Positions 24,942 to 36,401 of a stretch of 64,000 bases of DNA are shown piece by piece. This stretch comes from Octopus sinensis (lineage: Eukaryota), in contig NC_043000.1 of assembly GCF_006345805.1 (NCBI RefSeq), positions 17,980,001-18,044,000 of the forward strand. Direction: 5' to 3'. The stretch's first letter is position 1. Every line of letters begins with the position of its first letter. Position numbers and translations under genes: made by a program. The notes beneath the pieces are model-generated. The model saw only the letters and a list, made by a program, of their open reading frames with translations. It was not told the origin of the DNA and made no database searches.

Positions 24942-26662
24942 GTTAGTAATTATAAATCAGTGTATAAAATATTGCTTTGTTATCATCAGCATTTTAATGT
25001 TCAATTTTCCATAACTGGCCCATTTAAGAGTACCCTTCAATCATTGGGCAATATACTGTGCTTGAGAAGGCCTGTTGAGTCAAGTGAAATTATTGTTGCA
25101 GCCGATGCCAGCACCACCTGACTGGCCCTCATGCTGGTGGCATGTAAAAAGCACCCACTAAACTCTTGGAGTGGTTGGCATTAGGAAGGGATTCCAGCTG
25201 TAGAAAACCATGCCAAATCAGACTGGACTCTGGTGCAGCCTTCTGGCTTGCCAGTCCTCAGTCAAACCGTCCAACCCAGGCCAGCATGGAAAGCAGATAT
25301 TAAACGATGATGATGATTTTTTATGCTTGCATGGTTCAGATAGAATTTAAGGCAGATTTTTCTTGTCATCAGCTTTCACCTGTTTTCAAACACAGTAACA
25401 TTTCCCTATGGGTCAACATGTTTCCAATGGAAAACTGGAAATGAACAATGCTCATTTACAACCATTATGCAATTTCAAGAGAAGGGGACACATACACACA
25501 CAAACATACACACTACTTCCTGGACACATCAATATCACCATCTTCTCTCGTTCCTCTTCCCCTCTTCTCTCCATCTCTCTCCTACAGAGGTAGCTATGTA
25601 TCTCCTTTACTGCAAAATGCCTATTCCTGTCCCTCTACTCGTATTCTAACCTCCCATCTGGCACAAAGTGACCTTCTTCAATACTACTCCCCCACTCAAC
25701 TGAGGGGGTCTTGTCTTGTAAATTATTTAGTGACCTCACTACTGCTGGTGCCACATAAAAAGCACCCAATACTCTCTGTAAAGTGGTTGGCATTGGGAAG
25801 GGCATCAAGCCATAGAAACCATGCCAAAGTAGATAATAGAACTTGGTGCTGTCTTCTGATTTGCCAGTTCCTGTCAGAACATTCAACCCTGCCAATATGG
25901 AAAATGGACATTAAATGATGATGACGATGATATTATTACAAAATAACAATTAAGTAAAAGTGAATATATATTTCTTTACTACCCACAAGGGGCTAAATAC
26001 AGAGAGGACAAACAAGGACAGACAAACGGATTAAGCCGATTATATCGACCCCAGTGCGTAACTGGTACTTAATTTATCGACCCCGAAAGGATGAAAGGCA
26101 AAGTCGACCTCGGTGGAATTTGAACTCAGAATGTAACGGCAGATGAAATACGGCTATGCATTTTGCCCGACGTGCTAACGTTTCTGCCAGCTCACCGCCT
26201 TTTAAAAGTGAATATAATGGTGGCTCTACGCAGACATACAGATTACATACTTTATTCAACCTCAGCTTTTTAATATTCTGTTTAAATATTGATGTCAGGT
26301 CAGAACTAATTCCATTCACAGGCTTATGGAAACATGCTACTGGTAACCATAAAATCCAGTTTTGCCTTCTCATGTACAAGAAAGTTAGAGACAGAACTAG
26401 ATCTCTGCTGGGCTTGCATGGTGTGTAGCGGCAGCTGAAATACTGCTAAGTATTTTGCCTGGCATGCTAACGATTCTGTCTCAGCTTGCCGTATTAATAC
26501 TACTCTATAATACTGAATTTTATAGAGTAGTGCATTTTGTTGTATGGTATTATATGCTGTTTAGTATACTTATTTAGCAGAGTATAGTGCACATATATCA
26601 TTTCAGAGCTCAAATTATTTTATACTGTGTTGTATATAATTATTATTTTATATATTCTTTAG

Positions 26663-26736
26663 GACTTGGATCCAAAAGATGAACAACTTAAGACACAAGT
26701 AGATCTCGGTTGTAATTTTTATGTTCAAGCTAAAGT
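26663..26736 (+). CDS. UXT: UXT coding exon 3
   Basis: TAG/GTAAGT bounded 74 bp; DLDPKDEQLKTQVDLGCNFYVQAK(V) with the UXT hallmark QVDLGCNF. Confidence 0.95.
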
Positions 26737-28516
26737 GTAAGTTGAATATATATATTATTGAATTGCTTTTGTTTATACATCATATCTTAATAATAAACTA
26801 ATGGATTACATTTATATAAAAAAAAGTCATTTGAAAGAAGGTAAGAAAATATATTTTAAGACTAACATTTGTTTTCCTTGCATATATGAGTGAGATTGTT
26901 TATCTATTGGAGTAGTTGCTTTTACAGGTGGATGGATGCCTTTCCAGCCACTGACACTCATCTGTGAAGTGGGGCTTGGAACCTGTGCATTTTATTTTTC
27001 ACTCACGCAAACTCAGCTTGTTTTATAGCTTAACTGACTAAACAACAATGTAAATCTGTATATTGAAGATCATCATCATCATCACCATCATCATCACTAT
27101 CACCACCACCACCATCATCATCATCATTTACTGTCCACTTTTCCATGCTTTCATGGGTCAGGTGGAATTTATTGAGGCAGATTTTCTAAGGTCAGATGTC
27201 CTTCTTGTCACTAACCCTCAACTGTTACCAAGCAAGGTTTTTATTTTCCCACAGCTAGACATGTTTCTCATGGAAGATTGGAAATGAACAACCTCACTTA
27301 TATGACAGTGATGCTCATTTACAACCATCACATGATGTTCAGACGAAAGTACACAGACATGTGCACACATACACACGTATGATGGACTTCTTTCATTTCC
27401 CATTTACTAAATCCACTCACAAGATTTTGGTTGTCCCATGGCTTTAGTAGAAGACACTTGCCCAAGGTGCCATGCAGTGGGACTGAACCCAAGACCCCAT
27501 GGTTGGGAAGCTTCTTAACCCCACAGTTCATACCTGCACCTATAGTCATGCTTGAAGGTAAACATGGATATTGACGAGATAGTATATAAATGATATTATA
27601 CTATTTAGATAACATATTATACTTATTAGAAACATAATAATATCATCATCATCATTTAACGTTTCTTTTCTATGCTGGCATTTCCTAAGCATTTCCTCCA
27701 CTGTGCTAACGATTCTGCCAGCTTGCCACCTTTCTGTCTTTTAATAAGAGTAACAATAGTAATGGTTTCAAATTTTAGCAGAATGCCAGCAATTTAAGTG
27801 GAAATGGGATAGTCAATTACATTGATTGGCACTTTATTATAATGACCCTGTAAAGATGAGAAGCAAAATTGACATTGGTAAATTTTGTTCGATACTCTTA
27901 CAGCCCTGTCAGCTTATCACTATTTCGACAAAGAGACAAAATAGAGAAACAGATTCTGTTAGTTCATTCTCCCTATTTTGTTATGTTAACAGGGCTAACA
28001 CAACTTATATTGGCTTAGCCCAGTTAGAAGTGCAATGGTTGTTACTTCATATCCATTTTTCTATGATTACATGGTTTATATGTAATATATAGCGGCGTGA
28101 TTGCAGAAACGTTAGCGTGCCGGGCGAAATGCTTTCCAGTATTTCGTCTGCAGTTACGTTCTGAGTTCAAATTCCGCCGAGGTCGACTTTGCCTTTCATC
28201 CTTTCGGGGTCGATTAAATAAGTACCAGTTACGCACTGGGGTCGATGTAATCGACTTAATCCGTTTGTCTGTTCTTGTTTGTCCCCTCTGTGTTTAGCCC
28301 CTTGTGGGTAGTAAAGAAATAGGTTTATATGTAATTGTTTAGCCCCAGCTCAGGCTTAATCTCGCAAACCTTTTAGATAAAGTATTTCTAGTTATACACT
28401 TTTTTTTTAATTTTTAGAAATCAGTGTGAGAATTAGGGATATTTGGTTGCTACTGTCTTCTTTTTGTTTTTTGTTAAGTTGAACATCCATATAGAGTTCA
28501 CTGTGATACTTGTTTA

Positions 28517-29019
28517 CTGTAAATCCTCGAGTATAGTCTGCCCTTGAGTATAATACGCAGGGGTTTTTTAGGGGGCTGTAGCTCTGAGAAACTTAAATCT
28601 TGTGTATAATACGCACCCCTTCTCTAACTTGAGTCAATATAACGTCCTTGGTTTGTAAAAATGTATGCGGTAACGTCCTTTATTATTATTGTATATATAA
28701 CATAATGCAAATGTGTAGCTTTTTTGTGCATTTTGTTTGCAGAAAATAAAGAAATAACAGTAATAACGTTTAATAAATGTTGCTTACAGCAAGTTATGGA
28801 TGATTCTTTTATGACTTCATTGCTTTCAGGCTTAGCTTAAGGTATTTTCACGCCCGACATCACAAAATGCGTCTGAATAAACATTGCCTGACAGCCAATA
28901 GAGGCTCGAACATTACTTAGCAAATAATTTTCATTTTTAACCTCGTATATAGTACGCACTAGGGATTTTGACCTTTAAATTTTGGGAAAAAAATGGGGAT
29001 TATACTCAAGGATTTACAG
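28517..29019. mobile_element. TA-flanked MITE (Tc1/mariner/pogo type)
   Basis: TA|CTGTAAATCCTCGAGTATA ... TATACTCAAGGATTTACAG|TA. Confidence 0.9.
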
Positions 29020-29180
29020 TAGTTCATTAAGATATTTGTTGGTATATTCTCACAACTGCTAATGATTTACTTTATTGTAAGAATTCATCTTAAAAATCTC
29101 TTTGTAACTGTTGTAGCATGGAATAAATTCTTTGAATTTGAAAATTAATACTTTGGCATTTATTCTCCCATTTCTTGCAG

Positions 29181-29352
29181 ACACAAAACTAGTTCCATTT
29201 TTGTTTGTGTGGGTTATGGCTTCTTTGTGGACTTCACCTTCCAACAAGCACTCAAATTTATAGACCAGAAAACTCAACTTTTGAATGAAAAGGCAGATAT
29301 TCTTACTAAACAGGCTGCAAAAGTGAAAGCCAACATCAAGTTGGTGCTTGAG
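29181..29352 (+). CDS. UXT: UXT coding exon 4
   Basis: CAG/GT bounded 172 bp; HKTSSIFVCVGYGFFVDFTFQQALKFIDQKTQLLNEKADILTKQAAKVKANIKLVLE (prefoldin-alpha GYGFF hairpin). Confidence 0.95.
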
Positions 29353-30775
29353 GTACTTGCTATTACTTCTTCATTATTTAGAAGTCTTGTTTAACTCTTT
29401 AGCATTCTGACTGCTCTCATCATCATCATCATCGTTTAACGTCTGTTTTCCATGCTAGCATGGGTTGGATGGTTCGACTGGGGTCTGGGAAGCCAGGAGG
29501 CTGCACCAGGCTCCAGTCTGATCTGGCAGTGTTTCTACAGCCGGATGCCCTTCCTAACGCCAACAACTCCATGAGTGTAGTGGATACTTTTTACGTGCCA
29601 GGGGAGGCTGGTAGCGGCCACGATCGGTTGGTGCTTTTTACATGCCACTAGCACAGAAGCCAGTCAAGGCGGCGCTGACATCGGCCACGTTTGGATGGTG
29701 CTTTTCACGTGCCACCCGCACAGGTATCACGACTACAATTTCCATTTGGTATTTATTTTGATGTTGATGTACTTCAAAATAAATATCAAATGGAAATTGT
29801 AGTTGTCAAACATAATGCTTATTTATTCACATTCCAGATTTTGATGATGTGATTGTTTACTTTTTGTATGATATTCTAGCATAAGTGTGAGAAGTCGGAC
29901 ATGGCAGGTTTAAATTTTAAAGGGTTAAATGTTGGCCTAACACCCATGACCATAAGTCTGTAACTTCTAGCAAATGTACTTCTCATAGTAGAGTGTGGAA
30001 TTGATGTAGTAGAGCTGATCTTTCTTCAAAAGAAACTATGTATGAATATTTTTAATTCCTGCAGAATGCTGTACTTGTAGATGACTGTGTCATTTCAGAG
30101 TGCTCAGCTGGTGTGATTATGTGGTACAAATAGTTGGTATCAAACTGACCAGGCCAGCTGTAGCTCAAAGCCACAAACAATGGACTACATTATTTTTCTA
30201 CAACTAATAGTTTTTGTTGTCGAAGATAAATATTTTGAATGTAATGGAAGTGGGTTCAGGCTGAAGAATAGTTCTGATTTCTGTTTGCTTCTTTTTTTGA
30301 TGCATTTTGTTTTTTCAAAATTTCATATATTGAAGTGATAGTAAAATTCCTTTTGTGTAGATTCCTATTTTATGTAAATCTTTTGGGATTTTATGAGTGG
30401 GGATGTAGGGGACAAACATACTGATCTAGAACTGAAATGGTTTCTAGCTCCAGTAAAACATAGCCCTATCATGAAGGAGATCCTGGCTCCAGTGATACAC
30501 AAGTTCTAACTTAGGATGGTTCCTGACTCCATGGAAGCACAAACTATGACATGAGATGGTTCTTGGTTCCTATGAAATTGAGAGTTTACCCAGTAAGCTG
30601 CATGCGGCTTCAGAAAACAGAGGTTTTAGTCTAATGTTGCTGTGGGTCACAGAAAAAGACATATAACATTAATATATAACCTACTGAAACTTTCTAAATT
30701 CTATTTTATTCTAAATATTATTTCATATAAATATTTTTTTCTCTGCTTAACCAAATTGATATTTATTTATTGCAG

Positions 30776-30841
30776 ACACTTCGTAACATCCAGAACATTG
30801 ATGATGAATTACCTAAACCACAGATTGATATTTTTGCATAA
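30776..30841 (+). CDS. UXT: UXT terminal coding exon 5
   Basis: CAG acceptor; TLRNIQNIDDELPKPQIDIFA then TAA; several AATAAA signals within 50 bp downstream; total CDS 462 nt, 153 aa. Confidence 0.88.
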   Translation, partial: TLRNIQNIDDELPKPQIDIFA

Positions 30842-31034
30842 CAACCAAATAAATTCCACATATCTGTAAATAATAAACAAATAAAATATTTCTTCCATGA
30901 TGTTTTTTTTCTTCTTCTTATAATTGTCTTAGTTTAATGGAATCATGATAACAGTAGTTCTGACAGCTAACTGAAGAATATGGTGTATGTAAAAACATTT
31001 CATCCATGCAAGACGTATATTAACTGTGATTCTA

Positions 31035-32082
31035 AGATGCCAAAGTTTTCATGTCTTCATCAGAATTAAAATTTTTTCCATTCAGTGAATTTTGCAGTGA
31101 CCGAAACAGATGGAAATCTGATGGGGCCAGATCTGGAGAGTATGGAGGGTGAGGCAAAACTTCCCACTCAAGCTGCAGAAACTTCTGCCGAGTAATCAAA
31201 GCAGTGTGTGGCCTTGCGTTGTCATGGTGGAAAACAATGCCTTTGCGTTTCACAAGTTCTGGCCGTTTTTGATGAAGAGCCGTGTTTAATATATCCAGTT
31301 GTTCACAATAAACCTCTGAATTGATGGTTTTATTCAAGGGAAGAAGTTAAAAAAAGATAACACCCTTCCAATCCCATCATATCGATAACAGAACTTTCTT
31401 TGGGTGTTCGTTTTGGAGAATCCCCTGCATTTTTCCATGATATTCTTTGTTTCACATTATTGTAAACTACCCACTTTTTCATCTCCAGTAACAATTCTTC
31501 TCAAAAAGGGTTTGTTGTTTTCCTGTTTCAGTAATGAATTGCAAATGGAAACCCTCTGGACAAGATTTGCTTCTGTCAATTTATGGGGAGCCCAGACATC
31601 AAGTTTAGAAATGTAACCAAGTTTATGCAATTCATTTTCCACACTTGTTTTGGATATGTTAAGAATATCTGTGATTTGTCTGGTCGATGTCAATTTCCTT
31701 TCGCCGGCCAGAGCGAGGTGCATCTCTTACTGAAAAATTCCGATTGAAATCGAGCAAACCATTTCTGGCACAGCTGTTCTGAAACAGCATTCCCTTCATA
31801 CACATTGCATAACTTTTGGCAAGTCTCTGTTGCTTTCTTTCCTTTTCTGAAGTAAAAATAGCATAAGATGCTGATAGTGCTCTGCCCGGTCTTCCATGTC
31901 TAGGCTCAAATGCAATCAAACAATTTGCAATCTCTCTCCTTTGAGGCTTGTTACACACTGATGTAACCTTGGTCGTTATACCAAATACAGTTTCTAAAGA
32001 AAAAGAATATCGGAACAATGATTAGAAGAGTGGACAGTTGATACTAAAAAAAAAAACGAACGGACTTTTTGGCCAACCCAAT
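31035..32082 (-). mobile_element. Decayed mariner transposon, 3' end missing
   Basis: Frameshifted transposase motifs WAPHKLT, RRIVTGDEK, FHHDNARPHT, HPPYSPDLAPSDFHLF; terminal ATTGGGTTGGCCAAAAAGTCCGTTCG TIR-like end at about 32057-32082. Confidence 0.9.
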
Positions 32083-33984
32083 ATATATCCGTTCGTGGCC
32101 GTTGCCAGCACCGCCCCGACTGGCCTTGTGCTGGTGGCATGTAAAAAGCACCATCCGTTCGTGGCCGTTGCCAGCCTCGCCTGGCCCCCGTGCCGGTGGC
32201 ACGTAAAAAGCACCATCCGTCCGTGGCCATTTGCCAGCTCCGTCTGGCACGTAAAAAGCACCCACTACACTCACGGAGTGGTTGGCATTAGGAAGGGCAT
32301 CCAGCCGTAGAAACACTGCCAGATCAGACTGGGCCTGATGCAGCCTTCTGGCTTCACAGACCCCAGTTGAACCGTCCAACCCATGCTAGCATGGAAAGCG
32401 GACGCTAAAATGATGATGATGATGATGAACCAGTGCTATTTGAAAGAAATCCAATGAGTTACAGATGCAAGTCAATGTGGTTGCTTCGTCTCTGCCACCT
32501 TCTGATAAGTATAATGATTGTATTAAATAAGATACGTTTCCTTTTATTCTTTTTGTTTTGAGTTTTACTTCCTTTTAACCATGCTTTTATGAGTAGAATA
32601 ATTTGTTAGAATCAGTTGGATGAATGCCACTCAATGGTAAAGTAAAAAAATGAAAGCATGGTTTATATTCAACGAAACAAGCTGGGAGAAGAGGTGGACA
32701 AAACCTGGAATCTGAGAAAATTAGTTATGATCTACATCTTCAACTATTAAATTAATCCAAGGGAAAGTTTGAATGTCCAAATGTGGTGATAAGTGTGTGG
32801 GGGTGGTGGAGAAGAATCTAACATTACAGGCTCTTGTCCTTTGCCTGACAGGAAGAGAGGGAATGAGAGAATATGTTGTAAACTAGCAAATGACTTGAAG
32901 AACTGAATGGAGGAGACTAGAGAGCTGTTGTGTCAGGTGAATAAATGAAATGGATGTGAATTATGGGAAAGAAGAGGTAGAAAGATCCAAAACTGTGACT
33001 CTAGAAGGATAAAAGTTAAAAGTCAACATTGTTGGTTTTTGAATTCAGAAGGTAACTATATATATATGGGAAATGAAAGATAGATAGAAGATGGAATATA
33101 CAAGAATTTATTACTAATCATGACAATTCAGGCTGCTGCCAACCTCGCCTGGCCCCTGTGCCGGTGGTACGTAAAAAGCACCATCCGACCATGGCCGTTT
33201 GCCAGCCCCGTCTGGCATGTAAAAAGCACCCACTACACTCATGGAGTGGTTGGTGTTAGGAAGGGCATCCAGCCATAGAAGCATTGCCATATCAGACTGG
33301 GCCTGGTGCAGCCTTCTGGCTTCTCAGACCCCAGTTGAACTGTCCAACCCATGCCAGCATGGAAAACGAACGCTAAATGATGATGATGATAATTGTTTCG
33401 ACACATCTAGCATCGATCCCTCATGGGTGGGATACTCAACAACTGGTTCAGGAGTATCTGGATTTCGGGTGATAAATACAACTCAGAGTAACAGTTCCGC
33501 AATGTAACTCCTTGTTTTGTAGAAAGAGAAGCAGCCAGACAGGAAGTATCTTCACTTATAGAGATCAAAAATAAAATCACAGATGGACAAAAAGAGAAAC
33601 GAACACACAATCCAGCACACCACAACTGATTCTGCTGCTCCAGCCAATAACAATGACCTTTGAATAATAAGGAAAAACAGAAACAAATTTGCAGCTTCCC
33701 ACAAACAATTTTTATTATCTTGAGATAATACATTCGCCATTTTCATACCAATTTGTTCAACCATCTCAGCATAAAAAAATAAATAATAAATATTCAAAAT
33801 AAGAATATTACTTCTATAATAAGAAATTCAGTGAAAAAATTAAATGCGAAATTTGATTTATTTAAAATTGAAAAAATTGAAAATTGAGGAAACCAATTGT
33901 TTGCTGTTGTCCTTGAAATATTTAATCAAGAACATATCTGCCTCCTATACACAAGCGCAGGAGTGGCTGTGTGGTAAGTAGCTT

Positions 33985-36401
33985 TCTCACCGAACGGACG
34001 CGTTTTTTCTTCGCTCCGGCAAATGTCACGTTTTAACGTGAATTATTGAACATTTTACGTCAACGGGTGGAACGTTCGAATATTGATGGAAGCCTAGTGA
34101 GGTTTATTGCCTGTCGTTAATACTCTTTAGCATTAACAACGTTATTTAGTGTTAATAATTTTTGCGGGTAATATACTTCACTTTACTTCGAATATTTTTC
34201 TACTTGTTGGCGTATTTAAAAGTCTCACCTTTTAGTGAGAAATTGTGTTTTTTTGAGGAAGGCGTAGCCCCTCCTCAGAAATATTTTTGACTCATTAGAG
34301 TACCAATTTTCACACTTGGACTACCACACGTGGAATATTGAACTGTTTGGCACAGCAGGTAGGACTGTTTTGAATATTTTTAGAGGCTTGACGAGGTTTA
34401 TTGCCTGCCATTAATACTTTTTGACGTCAACGTTAATAATTTTTTGCGGATAATAGACTTCGCCGTGCTTCGGACATATTTTTTCTGCCTGTTGTATTTA
34501 AAATCTCACGTTTTAGTGAGAAGTGTGTTTTTTGAAGAGGCGTAGCCCACATCAAAAATAATTTGATTCATTGGAGCACCAATTTCGCTTTGGATTACCA
34601 CATGTGGAATATTGCACCTTTGGATTACCAGGAGGCACCAAGGATATTCGTGGACTGTTTTTACAAGCACCAGAATTACCAAGGACTGCCGTGACGTTTG
34701 GCCTGGACTACCTTTCGGCCAAAAAAAAATAATTCTTTGCCACATTTGAACTTCTTCCTCTAGCTATCCTTCATTTGAACTCCGAACTGTTTTTATTGTA
34801 ACTCTCATTTCCATTTTGTTTTTTCTTCCCTCTTTCTATTACTTTTGTGTTTTTCCTATTCGAACTTTATTTACATTTTTTGTTAAAAATGGCAAAGGAA
34901 CTGATTGTTTAGGAGCTAGAAGCTCCCAAAAAATATGTCAAACAGCTCGAGGATAAGACCGTGGTACTGAGGACTTATTCAAGGTCGCTCAACGCTATCA
35001 TGGTTTTTCCGAAGGCGAAAATTATTGAAGAGTTGGCAGACCACATGCCAGCCGTAAAATATATCCAACGGGGAGCCAAATACGCAACGGTTTGGTTGCT
35101 GTTTGACACCCTAAAAGATGCTTGCAAGTTTGCAAGCAGGCCCATTGAGGGCAAAGAAATCTTGTTTCTCCCTAGTTACAAGGGAGAAAAATTGACAAGA
35201 CTGTGGGTCTGCGGCCTGCCACCCGACATTGAACCCGAGTGGATAGAACAATCTATCCGCCGGGGTCTGGGTGACAGGGACGCAAAAATCCTAAATGTCA
35301 ATGTACAGCCTGCGGCTGATTGGGAGGGGTCTAAGGCAACCTTAACCCTATGGACCCAGTCAGCCAAGAGTCTGGTTTTACCGGACTTTTTGAGAATGGC
35401 CGGGTCCAAGTAGCCGGTGATGCTTGAGGTACGCCCCCCAAAGTGTCACCTGTGTTTGGAGACCGGCCACATCAAGAAGAGCTGCCCCAGGGACCAGAGT
35501 AGGATCCTGGAGCGGCTGATATTGGAGCCTCTCCCTGCCTCTTCAATGGAGGGAGAGAAGCAAAGTGAGGAGGGGGAAAAATCCTCCTCCAAAAGAAAGA
35601 GAAAGGCGGGGAGCAATGGCGACCCACCAAAGGACCCGAAAGCTGCGGGAGAGGAGAACCCGGTGCGCACAGCTCCGGAACCTCAGCCTCCCGTGGCCCA
35701 GGGCCAGAAGAAAAAGAAAAAGAGAAACGGAGCGTCGCCGGCGGATTGCTACACGCAGACTGCGGTTCCCGAGTATCCCGGGTCCTCTCAGGTGGGTGTG
35801 CCGCCTGAGGGACTATTCGTGGAAGATTTTGTGCTCCTCTTTTTCAAAGGAAAAAAGGTGGAAAGCACCGTGAAAAAAGTGAGAAAGAGAGGACATTGGG
35901 AGGTAATCCGGTCCTGTGTGGAAAACCCCGAGTGGCCTTCGCAGTTAGCTGCGGGGGTCATGGGAAGGGCTGATCTACACAGGATCGTGGCTTCCTGCCC
36001 AGCGGACTCCTTCCAGACTATACCACTGGACACCGGCCTGACCAGCGAGTATTGCCTCAATGAGGCAAGAGCAATGGTCGGCCGGGTCACTTAGGCGGTG
36101 TAACATCTTTGTAACATGTGGAAGAGGAGGTTCGTTGTCTCCTCGAAAATATGTAATTTGATATCATGTGAACATTTTGTAACATTTTGAAGAGGAGGTT
36201 TATTGCCTCCTCTAAAATTTGTAATTTGTAATCATTGTATTAAATGTAATTATTGAACATTGTTTTAGAGAAGCAAAAGTCGGCGGGCGCTTTCTGACTT
36301 CTCCCATCACCATCTTCATCCACCACCACCATCATCCATTAATGTCTTTGTCCAGCCCGTAGCTACTCTGTGTGCTGCCCTAGTGGCAAATTATTGAAAT
36401 A
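33985..36401 (+). mobile_element. ORF1/gag-only non-LTR retroelement (L1/Tx1-like ORF1, no ORF2)
   Basis: 9-bp TSD AAGTAGCTT at 33976-33984 and 36402-36410 splits a SINE whose halves rejoin; about 900 bp 5' UTR, one ORF, about 300 bp 3' UTR ending GAAATAAA. Confidence 0.85.
34889..36094 (+). pseudogene. gag/ORF1-like CCHC zinc-knuckle protein with two in-frame TAG stops
   Basis: ATG 34889 in frame with ORFs 34961-35413 and 35417-36094; TAG at 34910-34912 and 35411-35413; C-X2-C-X4-H-X4-C knuckle KCHLCLETGHIKKSCP; basic patches KRKRK and KKKKKR. Confidence 0.8.

Noticed and set aside
35411-35416. Possible programmed TAG read-through between the two gag-like ORFs
   Set aside because: A second TAG occurs at codon 8 and the first ORF stops before the zinc knuckle; decay is the simpler reading, though the family consensus is needed to exclude read-through
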